A DNA stretch of 63,039 nucleotides, filler included, from Octopus bimaculoides (taxonomy: Eukaryota): NCBI RefSeq assembly GCF_001194135.2. It is 5 parts of 5 records of this genome, joined end to end, with 100 filler letters (N's around TTAATTAATTAA, not from the genome) between each part and the next. Parts side by side here need not be neighbours in the genome. Positions count along the whole stretch, not along the records: positions 31,410 to 56,617 come from NC_068981.1; 4 more parts are not named here. One strand, 5' to 3'. How positions within the stretch are numbered: position 1 is the stretch's first letter; each line of letters starts with the position of its first letter. The position numbers and the translations under genes are program-made. This document shows positions 37,700-52,068 of this stretch, in pieces. The notes below the pieces were generated by a model. It did no database searches. It had not been told where the DNA came from and saw only the letters and a list, made by a program, of their open reading frames with translations.

Positions 37700-37880
37700 T
37701 CCTCTGGTAACTGTGAGTTACCAGGAAGAGTTTGTCTAGGAGAGCCAGAAATCCTTTACCTATGTCAGTTTCTACACCAAGAATAAAGGGAGGGGCGAAT
37801 AAAACAATTCTTTTTGTAATCTTTTTAGGTTTATTCTTACCATTCTGATTAATATTAGAAGGGATATGCATCACTCCATC
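37700..37880 (-). mobile_element. Penelope-like element fragment (RT-to-GIY-YIG linker)
   Basis: KRIVLFAPPFILGVETDIGKGFLALLDKLF resembles the Penelope-like motif KRNIIWFNPPY..NVKTNIGKKFL.LIDKHF (recalled consensus). Confidence 0.6.
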
Positions 37881-37932
37881 GCTGAAGCCACCTTTTCGTC
37901 TTCCGTTTTTTTAATATTTTCTGTGCGATTCC

Positions 37933-38135
37933 TTACTCTTTTACTCTTTTACTTATTTCAGTCATTTGACTGTGGCCATGCTGGAGGACCGCCTTTAGTC
38001 GAAGGAATCGACCCCAGGACTTATTCTTTGTAAGCCTAGTACATATTCTATTGTTTTTTTTTTGCCGAACAGCTAAGTTACGGGCACGTAAACACACCAG
38101 CATCGGTTGTCAAGCGATGTTAGGGGGACAAATAC
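37933..38135 (-). mobile_element. SINE family 1, 3' half
   Basis: TTTCAGTCATTTGACTGTGGCCATGCTGGAG is the reverse complement of the family-1 tail. Confidence 0.8.
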
Positions 38136-39662
38136 AGACACACGAACCTGATGAGTGTGTCTGAGGTGTTTCTCAACATGTTTGTAGCACGTAATAACGT
38201 GTTTTGTGTCTATTAAATATTATTTCTCACCAGATCAAGTACATTTTATGTTGATATTACCATCACGGAATAGTACATCACACACGCACACATAAAATTA
38301 ATGTAACAGCAGGTTATATATAATTAATATATTCCTATTAATCTTTTTGTGTGGTTTAAAGTATATTTTACAACAACATAATGTTGAGTCTACAAGAGAT
38401 TGTTGTACTAGTTTCTTCTGCATTGATGCTGGATTCGTGATGTGTGACTGAGTCTGTTTTTAAAGTCTATCCTATAGATTCAAATAGTCACTTGGTTTAG
38501 CTATTTTTATTTCATGTCTAATCCAATGTACGTATTGTATTTGGATTTGCCTATATACTTCTATACACTTGCATAGTATATAAGTATTTAAGAATGTATG
38601 TCTGCCTGCATGTATGTTTCTATGTATGTATATATATATATATATATNNNNNNNNNNNNNNNNNNNNNNNNNNNNNNNNNNNNNNNNNNNNNNNNNNNNN
38701 NNNNNNNNNNNNNNNNNNNNNNNNNNNNNNNNNNNNNNNNNNNNNNNNNNNNNNNNNNNNNNNNNNNNNNNNNNNNNNNNNNNNNNNNNNNNNNNNNNNN
38801 NNNNNNNNNNNNNNNNNNNNNNNNNNNNNNNNNNNNNNNNNNNNNNNNNNNNNNNNNNNNNNNNNNNNNNNNNNNNNNNNNNNNNNNNNNNNNNNNNNNN
38901 NNNNNNNNNNNNNNNNNNNNNNNNNNNNNNNNNNNNNNNNNNNNNNNNNNNNNNNNNNNNNNNNNNNNNNNNNNNNNNNNNNNNNNNNNNNNNNNNNNNN
39001 NNNNNNNNNNNNNNNNNNNNNNNNNNNNNNNNNNNNNNNNNNNNNNNNNNNNNNNNNNNNNNNNNNNNNNNNNNNNNNNNNNNNNNNNNNNNNNNNNNNN
39101 NGAGAGAGAGAGAGAGAGGGGAGCGGTGAAAGGAAGAATAGAATAGGTAAAGTGTGGGAGAGAAAAACAGACAGGATGAAGAACAAGAGAGGGATAGAGA
39201 TCGACAGTGAAATGATAGTAGTAGTAGACTGCGCATAGTAAATTATTAAACATAGTAAACACACCAACACCGGTGGTCAAGTGGTGGTGGAAGACAAACA
39301 CAGACACAAAAGACAAGTGTAAGTACACACACATATACGACAAATTGACTCAAATGCCTTCGGTCGGCCTGATACTATAGTAGAACACACATTCCCAAGT
39401 TATCATAGAGTTGGACTGAAACTGGGACCTGAAAATATATGTTACACCTATGTGGCATTAATTAAGCCACCACTGCTAATTGCAACTATTACGGATTTTG
39501 GGAGACTGTCTCTAAAGCACTGATTATTCGATACATTTCTGGAATTACTTTGGCAATTTTCTGTTACACTAAATAAACATGCACTTGAACATATATCCAT
39601 ACATACAAAATTTTTATGTAAGGATATATATATAAATATCTATCTATCTATCTATCTATCTA

Positions 39663-39710
<48 letters not shown>

Positions 39711-40411
39711 NNNNNNNNNNNNNNNNNNNNNNNNNNNNNNNNNNNNNNNNNNNNNNNNNNNNNNNNNNNNNNNNNNNNNNNNNNNNNNNNNNNNNNNNNN
39801 NNNNNNNNNNNNNNNNNNNNNNNNNNNNNNNNNNNNNNNNNNNNNNNNNNNNNNNNNNNNNNNNNNNNNNNNNNNNNNNNNNNNNNNNNNNNNNNNNNNN
39901 NNNNNNNNNNNNNNNNNNNNNNNNNNNNNNNNNNNNNNNNNNNNNNNNNNNNNNNNNNNNNNNNNNNNNNNNNNNNNNNNNNNNNNNNNNNNNNNNNNNN
40001 NNNNNNNNNNNNNNNNNNNNNNNNNNNNNNNNNNNNNNNNNNNNNNNNNNNNNNNNNNNNNNNNNNNNNNNNNNNNNNNNNNNNNNNNNNNNNNNNNNNN
40101 NNNNNNNNNNNNNNNNNNNNNNNNNNNNNNNNNNNNNNNNNNNNNNNNNNNNNNNNNNNNNNNNNNNNNNNNNNNNNNNNNNNNNNNNNNNNNNNNNNNN
40201 NNNNNNNNNNNNNNNNNNNNNNNNNNNNNNNNNNNNNNNNNNNNNNNNNNNNNNNNNNNNNNNNNNNNNNNNNNNNNNNNNNNNNNNNNNNNNNNNNNNN
40301 NNNNNNNNNNNNNNNNNNNNNNNNNNNNNNNNNNNNNNNNNNNNNNNNNNNNNNNNNNNNNNNNNNNNNNNNNNNNNNNNNNNNNNNNNNNNNNNNNNNN
40401 NNNNNNNNTTT

Positions 40412-40742
40412 GACTCTCCTTTACGCTATTTTACTTTTTTCAGTCAATTGACTGTAGCCATACTGGAGTACCGCGTTTAGTCGAGCTAATCGACCCCAGG
40501 ACTTAATCTTTGTAAGCCTAATACTTATTGCATCGGTCTCTTTTGCCGAACCCCTAATTTACGGGAACATAAACACACCAGCATCGGTTGCCAAGCGATG
40601 TTGGGGGGACAAACACAGATACACAAACATACACACACATATATATATATACATATATAAGACGGGCTTCTTTCAGTTTCCCTCTACCAAATCCACTCAC
40701 AAGGCTTTGGTCGGCCCGAGGCTATACTAGAAGACACTTGCT
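40412..40742 (-). mobile_element. SINE family 1
   Basis: Reverse-complemented tail, core (CTACCAAATCCACTCACAAGGCTTTGG) and internal microsatellite. Confidence 0.85.
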
Positions 40743-41271
40743 CAAATGTATATATATATACACACACACACACTCGTCCTCCACGCACAAACACATATGA
40801 ATAAACACACGTGAATATGTGAATATTTGTATTTATTAATATACACACACAGATGCATATCAGAAGGCAAGATTGTTTCTCATCATGGCTACCTCCCAGC
40901 GGACGAACCAAAGTAAATCATAGTAGAACGCACATGCACATACACATGTTGTACTAAAAAGATATAGATATTTATATATTAATAAATAACATCTGACAGT
41001 TCTTTCACTACAGCTGTTTCAAACGAATTATTTATTGATGAACACAGATATGATATCATGTGGAAAAAAAACAAAAACACATTCTGATCAGGTGAATATG
41101 CAGGAATTATGTATTTAAAACATTCCAGAAACCCCCATTTTTTACGACTTCTGGATTCACTGACTAGTAATAGTCAAAAGTCTAAACACGCACGCGCACA
41201 CACACACACACATACACATACACACACACACATCTATACGCATAAAAACACAAGAATATGAACACAATAGG

Positions 41272-41552
41272 CGTAGGAATGCCTGTTTCGTAAGTAGCTT
41301 GCTTACGTACGACATGGTTCCAGTTTTAGTCCCACTACGTGGCACATTTGCTAAGTGCCTTCTGTGTTTGTCCTTCCCAACATCGCTTGACAACCGATGC
41401 TGGTCTATTTATGTCCCCGAACTTAATGGTCCGGTAAAAGGAACCGATAGAATATGTACTAGGCTTACAAAGAATAAGTTGTAGGGTCGATTTGCTCCAC
41501 TCAAGGCGGTGCTCCAGCATGGCCGTATTCAGATGAGTGAAACAAGTAAAAG
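41272..41552 (+). mobile_element. SINE family 1 with central deletion
   Basis: Head and tail are present; the GTGAGTGGATTT core is absent. Confidence 0.8.
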
Positions 41553-42480
41553 TGTAATAATATACGTGTGCGTATTCCTATAGAAAGACATGTAAATGAT
41601 TGCGAGAGAGACTCTAATTATTTCTTTGCGTATATGTTACTCTGAGTGTAATTCATATGGAATTGCGTCATGAGAGAGTTAAATTACGAGTTACATGTGT
41701 AGCAGGCGATGGAATCCACCTACTCGCATACTCAACTGAAAATATAATTCAAATAAAATTTAAAAAAAAAAAAAAGCACCACAGAGAGCAGGGAAATAAA
41801 AAATTAGCGGGACGATAGAAAAGACGTTCAGAAAACATTCACACAGAACATTCTGTAGTAGAAAGTACAATGCCAACAAAGAAGAAAATGAAGAAATGTG
41901 TGCGAAGTAAATAAATAGAAACACTGGTTTAAAGAAGACAATGAATATTTTTAAAATTACGTGTTGATTGATCGATAGGAAATTGGTGTTACCACCTCGA
42001 ATATTTGTATGAGAAGCAATCAAGTATGATTTACTTGCTTTTTGATATTGTTTGGCAGATGAACAATTTTGATCACATAAATTGTCGATAATTCACTAAA
42101 AACACATATAAAAGAAACAAAAGAGACATGAAGATATTAATATATCACGCTGCAGGCAACGTTATACAGGCAAATATGTAGAAAAATTGCAAGGAGATAG
42201 TATCGACACCGATGTAAAATCAAGAAAAATAACTCCACGTACGTATGTTGCGCGCCTGCGCGCACGCACACACAACTACACGCCTGCACACATATACATT
42301 ACAAATATATGTAAATAGAGATACAGAAACGTATTCATTTAATGTATATGTACGTAATATATACATGCATAGATACATACATAGAAATATACAGAGAGTG
42401 AGATATACGGATACATATTCACTTAATGTATATATGCGTACTATACATACATATATATATATAAATAATCGCATCATCTC

Positions 42481-42890
42481 CTAAATGCTAACCAGCATGG
42501 ATTTCGCTGGAGTCCGTGGAAAACTTCTACACTGGATTTAATAATTCCTGGAGAATAGAAGACAAGAAATTCTGGTGGTTGGAATACACTCAAACTCAGC
42601 GGAAGTCACCAGTGGGCCCGCTCCTCTTTTTAATTTACATGAATGACCATTCCAGAGTTGTAAATCACTGCACAGTGAAAATATTTGCTGATGACACTAA
42701 TCTCCAGCAAATCATCAATGAAGAAGACCGAACTCAACTCCAGTCTGATCTATATGCTGTCAATGGGCAGGCAAAAACAAAATGTAACTGAAGGAGGGAA
42801 GAACAGCCATACTCTCTTCCTTCAGGGAACCGCACACGGCATCCAATAATATCAGAGATCTGGGTGTAATTGTTGATAACAAGTTGGAGT
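42481..42890 (+). mobile_element. Internally deleted CR1-type RT fragment
   Basis: LNANQHGFR..., VGPLLFLIYMND...VKIFADDT...QLQSDL..., IRDLGVIVDNKL in shifting frames. Confidence 0.85.
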
Positions 42891-44082
42891 GATAAAACTC
42901 TGAGCTTCGGATGCCGGGGCGGAAACCCACGTCGCCATCACTTCAGTTATCTGGGCATCGAAGAATGCTATGAAAATGACCGTCAAACAAAGGGAAATTA
43001 CTGTGTGTTTGACCGTTATTAAGACTAAAGAGCTATTAGAATGACCACTATGTGAGGGGAGGAAGTAAACGTTCGGCAGTAAACATGTCCATAGGATTCG
43101 AGTAAGCACCAGTACATACATACACATGCGCGCCTGCACACACATGTACATGCGACTATATATATACATATATACACACACACACACACACATACACACA
43201 CACACACACGCATATATATANNNNNNNNNNNNNNNNNNNNNNNNNNNNNNNNNNNNNNNNNNNNNNNNNNNNNNNNNNNNNNNNNNNNNNNNNNNNNNNN
43301 NNNNNNNNNNNNNNNNNNNNNNNNNNNNNNNNNNNNNNNNNNNNNNNNNNNNNNNNNNNNNNNNNNNNNNNNNNNNNNNNNNNNNNNNNNNNNNNNNNNN
43401 NNNNNNNNNNNNNNNNNNNNNNNNNNNNNNNNNNNNNNNNNNNNNNNNNNNNNNNNNNNNNNNNNNNNNNNNNNNNNNNNNNNNNNNNNNNNNNNNNNNN
43501 NNNNNNNNNNNNNNNNNNNNNNNNNNNNNNNNNNNNNNNNNNNNNNNNNNNNNNNNNNNNNNNNNNNNNNNNNNNNNNNNNNNNNNNNNNNNNNNNNNNN
43601 NNNNNNNNNNNNNNNNNNNNNNNNNNNNNNNNNNNNNNNNNNNNNNNNNNNNNNNNNNNNNNNNNNNNNNNNNNNNNNNNNNNNNNNNNNNNNNNNNNNN
43701 NNNNNNNNNNNNNNNNNNNNNNNNNNNNNNNNNNNNNNNNNNNNNNNNNNNNNNNNNNNNNNNNNNNNNNNNNNNNNNNNNNNNNNNNNNNNNNNNNNNN
43801 NNNNNNNNNNNNNNNNNNNNNNNNNNNNNNNNNNNNNNNNNNNNNNNNNNNNNNNNNNNNNNNNNNNNNNNNNNNNNNNNNNNNNNNNNNNNNNNNNNNN
43901 NNNNNNNNNNNNNNNNNNNNNNNNNNNNNNNNNNNNNNNNNNNNNNNNNNNNNNNNNNNNNNNNNNNNNNNNNNNNNNNNNNNNNNNNNNNNNNNNNNNN
44001 NNNNNNNNNNNNNNNNNNNNNNNNNNNNNNNNNNNNNNNNNNNNNNNNNNNNNNNNNATATATATATATTTATATGAATGTG

Positions 44083-44342
44083 CGTGCGTATATAGACTTG
44101 TGTGCGTGCATGCGAGAACGTGCACATATAGACCTCTTTACGTTTACGGACTTTTTACTCACTTTACACTTTTTTCTGTATTTTGCCTTTAGACATGGTG
44201 TTTCTCGGGCATGTATACATATATATATATGTCTAAAGGCAAAATACAGAAAAAAGTGTAAAATGCGTAAAAAGTCCATAAATGTAAAGAGGTCTGTATG
44301 TGCACATTCTCGCATGCACGCACACACGTCTATATACGCACG
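44083..44342. repeat. Foldback inverted repeat (about 114-bp arms, 32-bp spacer)
   Basis: 44083-44196 is the reverse complement of 44229-44342 at about 90% identity. Confidence 0.9.
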
Positions 44343-44599
44343 TACCAGCACGCACGCACATCCATACACGTGCACAAAAGGGTTCCATGTACACATTTAT
44401 ATACGCACAGGAAAAATGCAGGGTGGAAAGTAGAATACAGAAAAAAACTAGGAGTAAAAAATATATAAAACAATATCTCTATAAATATGTAAAAAATATA
44501 TAAAAATATATAATAAATATAACTAAAAAGTATAGACAAATTAAAGGCTTGTACATATATACAATATAGAAAGCAAGTTCTATCAGTAATCTCGTGGGG

Positions 44600-44790
44600 A
44601 CTAAAAACGTAACAAATATTTAGCCACATGTGGACATGATCCGAGAAGTTCAGTTCTTGAATTTAGGCATGTGGCAGGGGTCTAAGCTGCCTTTCCAGAT
44701 GAGCTATCTTTCCATATCACAAGGACCGCACTTTCCCCTCCCGTTGGTGTAGGGTTTACTCTTGGCTACGATCTTACAAATGGATGTTGT
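44600..44790 (-). mobile_element. Penelope-like element C-terminal fragment
   Basis: KIVAKSKPYTNGRGKCGPCDMER*LIW then, after a frameshift, LNSRTELLGSCPHVAKYLL. This matches the Penelope end motif PY....C.LC..EK...LNKRSEL.SKCRH.NK.LL. A 30-bp tandem duplication (44791-44850) abuts its 5' end. Confidence 0.7.
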
Positions 44791-45897
44791 AACTGACAAC
44801 TTTATCTTTTATGGTCCTTAAACTGACACCTTTATCTTATATGGTCCTTAAAGATAAAGTAAAAGTATAAGGAAATCATGTAAGCATGTGTTAACCACTG
44901 GTATATGAGGATTTTCAATGACATTTTTATAGACAAGATGTTCCTGATGATAAGACATTCCAGGTGCCATGTTCGTACGTTCTAATGAAGAGCAGCCAGA
45001 TGAATTACTCGAGAATTACTCTACCAGACGAACACTAAGGTCAGGATTAAGGATGATTTTAACAAATGGCATTCTACAAATATTTATATCGCGTCTTCGA
45101 TCTGAAAATAATATAATTTCTCTTCGCATCAGTTGTACATATTCACATACCTTCATATGACCTGTTATTCTTTAGTCCAAGCTATAATAAAATACAATTC
45201 TAATATTGAATTATTTCGTAGAAAATTGTCTTAAGACATCCGACTTAGTACAATTTCATTAAAACTCATACATGCATATATACACCGGTATCAAATGTCT
45301 GTATCACAAAATAACTCCTCCATCATATAATCTATACAGTGAACATCTAGAATTAAATTAAGTACAATCTTTAGTATCCCCGAAATGCAACAAACTGTTG
45401 TGATCGATTACTATATTCATTTTCCTATACTTATTTAATAGCAGTTAACTCTTTGTATATTTTATAAATGTAAAAATATATAAATACTGGAATACATATG
45501 CCGGTACACCTAGATTAAAAGACCAACCGTCTTTATCTTTCGTTCTCTCTTTATTTTTCCCTCTCGTTGTGTTGAAGAGCGTAGGTGTCCATTTTTCCCA
45601 AGCGTCAAATCAATGCAAATGCTTGTTCTCTCACCTATCTCAAACATTTTTTATTTATATATATATATATGACTGTGAGTGTGTGTGTCTGTGGATGGGT
45701 GTGCGCACACGCGTTTATATATANNNNNNNNNNNNNNNNNNNNNNNNNNNNNNNNNNNNNNNNNNNNNNNNNNNNNNNNNNNNNNNNNNNNNNNNNNNNN
45801 NNNNNNNNNNNNNNNNNNNNNNNNNNNNNNNNNNNNNNNNNNNNNNNNNNNNNNNNNNNNNNNNNNNNNNNNNNNNNNNNNNNNNNNNNNNNNNNNN

Positions 45898-46223
45898 CCC
45901 AACTACTTGCAGACAGTGTATCCCGTTGAATTCATTAATTTAATTCATAGCTAAAGTGAAAAAGCCCCCACAAATTACAGGTGTTTATGACAAACCATAT
46001 TATTTTCCCAACCGGGCTTACAGATAGAAGTACAAAGTACATAAGGAATTAGAGCACTCTCTAATTTCTTATGTACTTTGTACTTCTATATGTAAACCCG
46101 GTTGGCAAAATAACATGGTTCGTCATAAACACCTGTACTTTGTTTTTTTTTTCTTTTTTTTTCACTTTAGCTATGAATTAAATTAATGAATTGAACGAGA
46201 CACACTGTCTGTAAGTAGTTGGG
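45898..46223. mobile_element. 326-bp near-perfect palindrome with CCC...GGG ends; candidate piggyBac-type hairpin MITE
   Basis: Arms 45898-46054 and 46059-46223, 4-nt loop, about 85-90% identity. The right flank TTCA resembles a TTAA target site; the left flank is in a gap. Confidence 0.65.
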
Positions 46224-47817
46224 TTCAGCATATTATCCTCCATTTTCTAATTGATATACAAATTCGGGATAAAACCTCCACTTTTACCCGCACCCACTTA
46301 TTACACTCCCACACACACTCACAATCACAAATACACATGTGTGCGCGCGCGCGTCATTATTCATAAGAATGTTCCTTTAGAAATTCAGAGAACCTATTAT
46401 GTTGTTGTCTAATCTACGAAATTTCATATTGCTAATCTACATCCAGGAATGTTTAAAATTCATTTATTTTGTCTCCATAAATATATTGTAGATTTCTAAA
46501 TCATATTGCCTTGATAATATTGTAATCGCTCACCTTATCGCCTTTGCACTAAATGAACGTTTTAAGTGCTCATATATTATTGATTGATTTGCTTGTTGTG
46601 ACGTGTATAATTCTGTCGATACGATTGATTGTAATATTTCTTCGAGCAATATTTTCAGTTAAGTCACTATTTCAACAAAGAAATATTACCTCCTCAGAAG
46701 CAATATTGTTCCCCGTATTTCAGACACTAATGTTCACTCGGTTGGTAAACTATACTTTAATTTTAGATAAATTAGACCTTCGTTATGGTGTTATCTGTTT
46801 GTAACGTGTTTCTAGTATATATCTTCCGATTATGTTAAAGTTAGTCTCTAGATAACGCTTTGCGTACAATAAATATCAGGCGACAATATATTGATTTATT
46901 ATTGTTAAATGTGCGAGGATTTTTATTATCAGAACACGTTTTGATTACAATAATCATAATATATTACTGTTTGGAGTACTCTCCACAAAAAAATATTGAA
47001 TTTGAATTTTATATTCAAAACTTGTTTCGTCGAAGATTACAGAGGACGAAAATAAGAATAATAAATTAAGTGTCATTTACATTTAATAACACAAATATCG
47101 GTAATTTTAAATATCTGCTACTATTTACAAAAGTTACTCAAGAAAACAATTATTCCATTGACAGGAATGAATGAGCCAACAAATTTACCTCTACATAGTC
47201 ACTTATCCTGCTAGTAATGGATAACGAGTTTCTCATAAAATATTCCTACATTATGGCATGATATGATGTATGTAATAATGTTGTTATAAATACTTTTATC
47301 AAGGAATGTAGATGAAATAGTCATAGACGAGACCCACATATTTTAGATATACGCAACAAGTGAAAAACAAAAACCATTAAACGTAAAAGCAACTCCTGTA
47401 AATTGGTTGTGACATATCTGAACCATAAATATTTATGAGTGCATTTTATCTTAATACAAATCGAGTGACAGGAAACTGATTAAGCTTTGTTCCCTTAACA
47501 TCAAATAATTGCAAACTTCATAAGATGTCCACAGATACAGAATCCTGATTATCGGCGCAAAATAAATATTAAAAATATGCAGGCTGAATGAGTATACAAT
47601 CCACATGCGTCTAAACGGCAGATTCGATGGAGTGAAATACAAAAAAAAATGTGAGAAACGTTAGTGGGAATTATTTATAAATAATAGGAACTCAACAGTT
47701 AAAGGACAGCTTAGATGATAAGACAAGTAAACAACTACATATCTAGAAGATGTGGCTCATATAACATGGAAACGACGATGAAGGTGTATTAGGGTGCTTC
47801 ATTTTGGTAAACTAACT

Positions 47818-48330
47818 ATATAAAGTGTATCCCACAAGTTTGCAAATATTTTCATGAGTGACATTTATTAATTTCAAAGAAGTAATACCCCAATCGCCTT
47901 CAAAGTATGATCCTCTGATTTTGTGAGGCTACAAGGAAAGTTTCCAAGAAGAAGGTGTCGACTACTCTTATCACAGACATTTTTATCGTCTAAGGAACTG
48001 CCCTTGAGGTCTTCCTTCAGCCTGGGAAACAATCAAACCTCACAAGAACAAACATTTGGACTGTGGGGAAGGTGAGTATTTGGTTACCAGGGAATAAACA
48101 TTACACACATTTTGGATTTATTTGCATCTTCATAAATAATTCTATGTACTACTGCTACACCAACTCCAAACCCTATGTTTATTGTTTTTATCAACATACA
48201 GCGGTCTGCTTCCAGAAAATTGCGAATTTACTCAATCACCATTCTTCTCCGACCCGTGCCTATCCTCATTTCTCGCCTTCTCTCCAATAAAATTGACATT
48301 CTCGTGTCATCGAAAAAAATAATCAATAAG
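47818..48330 (-). mobile_element. Internally deleted mariner (DD34D-type) relic
   Basis: N-terminal part IE*IRNFLEADRCM...GVGVAVVHRIIYED...KNVC joins the C-terminal part F*LFPRLKEDLKG...GYYFE. The central catalytic region is missing. Confidence 0.65.
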
Positions 48331-51300
48331 CAGTCTGAAGAATTTAACACCTTTAAGCGCTGAACTTTATTCTGTAGAAATCTTCCATTTATCCTAAATA
48401 CATTTTACAAGCAAATCAGCTGTGACAATCAGTGTGTCCAAAGTGATGATACTTTCGTCTACTGGAATCTGGAATAAGAAAATTAGGCAAGTCAGCTTCT
48501 TAGATGTATAGTACTTTTATACAAAAATTACAATCATCACGGATACTGATAAATACCGCTTCTAAAAAAAATGTATCAAAACGTATCTGGAATGCAAATC
48601 ATAATTGCTTAACAGAACAAGAGAAGCTAACTAATAGAAATTGAATATATATGTATTGCTTGCTTCTCTCCTTGTTTCTTTCTGTGGAAGAGAATAGGCC
48701 CGAAACGTTAAATACTTTTTAAATTCCCGAGCGTTATAATAATGCATCTACACCACCTGTTATCATCTTTTGTTTTTTGGGGGAATTCTCCGGCCATGAT
48801 GAAATATATATTTAATCCTTTATATTGAACACTCAATATTTCATATATTCCATAAGACATATTCTATATATTCAATAAGACATTCAATACTTCATTTCAT
48901 TGTACCATCCATCTTTTTTTATATTATATATTATATATTCCATATTCTATATCCCACATAAATTTTACAAGAATATAAATAAAAAACATAAAAACAGACA
49001 GAGTTGGAACTCTTTTAAATAAAAATAATATATTCCTCTATACACGATCATACAAAACCCTTTTTTGTATTTATTTTTACTCACACACACACACCCACAC
49101 CCACACAAACAAACACTCACAAACACACACACTTACACACACACGCACACATAATATNNNNNNNNNNNNNNNNNNNNNNNNNNNNNNNNNNNNNNNNNNN
49201 NNNNNNNNNNNNNNNNNNNNNNNNNNNNNNNNNNNNNNNNNNNNNNNNNNNNNNNNNNNNNNNNNNNNNNNNNNNNNNNNNNNNNNNNNNNNNNNNNNNN
49301 NNNNNNNNNNNNNNNNNNAAGGAAACTCATGTGGCCTTCTCTATAATAACTAATTCGAAGAATCTGAGCATACCAGAAAATAAATTTTCAGATATAGCGA
49401 TCGGTGAACTAAATATTTACTGATTTGTGCGAAATATAACCAAGCTCCAATTAGATTAACGCACGAACTTAAGACAGCTTGAACCTAGAAAACCAATAAA
49501 TCATCTTACCCCTTTATATGCATATATATATGAACATAAATAGGCACACGTGCACACACACATACTCATACACACACACATACACACACACAAACACACA
49601 CACACACACACGCACTCACATCATGTGGTTTATTCACTCGCTTGAGCACAGGAATGCAGCGTGGAGTTACGTAATATACTACGTCAGTTACATCACAGTG
49701 GTAAGTTACATTCAGTTAAGCAAGCCAAAACTTGATATCAACGGATGAGAAACCTTATCTCACACATATATGTATTCGCATATAAGATTATGGACACACA
49801 CTGACACATACGCATAAACACACACGTGTATATAAGATGAGAGAGAGAGGAGTGGAGTGGAAGGGGATAGATATGGAAAAAATTCATTTGAGCGAGACAT
49901 ATAGTATAATCTTGGACAAGCATGAATATACGCACGTGTGTGTGTGAGTGTATTTTTGTGTGTGCGTATACATAAATAAATATGTATATGCCTGTGTGGT
50001 AAGTAGCTTGCCTACCAACCACATGGTTTCGGGATCATTCCCCCTCCGTGACACCTTGGGCAAGTGTATTTTACTATAGCTTCGGGCCGTCCAAAGCCTT
50101 GTGAGTGGATTTGATAGACGAAATCTGAGAGAAGTCCGTTGTATATATATATATATATATAGATATATATAAGCACACTGATAGATGCGTATGAATGTGT
50201 GTATGTGCATACGTAAATACTAATATAAGTGTACCTCCATGTGAATGAAGAATAAACACGCACACACACACACACAACTATATATATNNNNNNNNNNNNN
50301 NNNNNNNNNNNNNNNNNNNNNNNNNNNNNNNNNNNNNNNNNNNNNNNNNNNNNNNNNNNNNNNNNNNNNNNNNNNNNNNNNNNNNNNNNNNNNNNNNNNN
50401 NNNNNNNNNNNNNNNNNNNNNNNNNNNNNNNNNNNNNNNNNNNNNNNNNNNNNNNNNNNNNNNNNNNNNNNNNNNNNNNNNNNNNNNNNNNNNNNNNNNN
50501 NNNNNNNNNNNNNNNNNNNNNNNNNNNNNNNNNNNNNNNNNNNNNNNNNNNNNNNNNNNNNNNNNNNNNNNNNNNNNNNNNNNNNNNNNNNNNNNNNNNN
50601 NNNNNNNNNNNNNNNNNNNNNNNNNNNNNNNNNNNNNNNNNNNNNNNNNNNNNNNNNNNNTATATATGTAATCGTATAAATATATGCTTATCTATCTGAA
50701 CATGTATGCATGTAAATACTGATATAGGTATGTTTGCGTGTGCCATACAACCGCTAAATATAAGTATGAGTGCGTGACTCTGTGTATATAGGAATACTTG
50801 TTTATGCAAATATATTAATCTCATCAATATAATCAGTGTTATTATTTAATACGTATTTTTAAGACGACTACTTATTAGAATTATTAGCACAACAATAATA
50901 ACAAGCAAAGAAATGTCCTGTAGTATTTGTTTTGGCTGTACTTTTTGAATTTAAATACCTTCGAGGTCCACTTTGCCTTTAATCCTTTCTTTCACGTTCA
51001 ATAAAATAATTACCTTTTCAGCTGTGAGGTCTAGACTAATTTCCCCAATTTTATACCTTGTACCTAAAGTAGGAATGATCTAAAACATATTGGTCTACGC
51101 TGGGTTATGCACATGCCATGTTGTCATAAAACGACAGGTTCCTGATTGACAAACTAACTCGTTATTCCGCTAGTGTATGTTTGGTTCGTGTTTAATATTA
51201 CTTTGTGTTTTAAATGGTCATTATATATTGTTATGTAGCAAGACGATCAGTTCATGTTCTGTAACCACTCTCTATAACGACAGTTCTAGGTCGATTAGTC

Positions 51301-52068
51301 CTTAGGTTATATTTGTTTTCTGCTTTGTGTATAAGCAACATATGTTTTAGATTACGTTCAATAATATGTTCAGTTAGATGGCTAGTTCATTGGAATATGC
51401 TATGGCTTTAAGTGTGGCGTCATTTTGATGACATTTCTCTTTTTTATATATATTTTTTAAAAAATTGTGCTTCGTAGCTATATGTATGTAACGATTTATA
51501 TTTGACACTTAATGTTTGTATTTGTAACAATAAACTTAACGGACACTTTGATATGATGTTTTGCACCTGGTGCATGTCTCGAAATTCCCACGAAATGTTT
51601 GTGCTTCTGAAACTGTCAAAATCTCCAGATTGAAAGCTATTCCACAGACGTCAAATCGATAATGATATACGTTACAAAGTCGATGAGGTTTTCCTGTGTT
51701 TGATCAGTTCATTTTCAGTGAAACTTTTGTATCTTGTGTTTGTTAGTTGTAAGATGTCGTTCATTGCAACTCTATTTCACGTCGTGTAACGTAGTTAACT
51801 GTTTTTTTTAATTCTCCATTTACTGGGAGATTGTCTTTCAGAGGGGTCTAAATTCGGAAAGCCCACTTATCTTTGTTTTGGCGCATAGAAGGTCTCGTGT
51901 TAAATCACCAACGGACTACAAGATCACATGATTTTGGCTTTCTTGAATTGTTAAAAATAGACGCTTGAAATATAGAGAGAGAGAAGTAAATAGACACGTC
52001 ATAAAACGTTTATATTTTTTATTAATTGACATTTTTATGTTGCAAGTTCTAAATGTGACTGTTTAATC

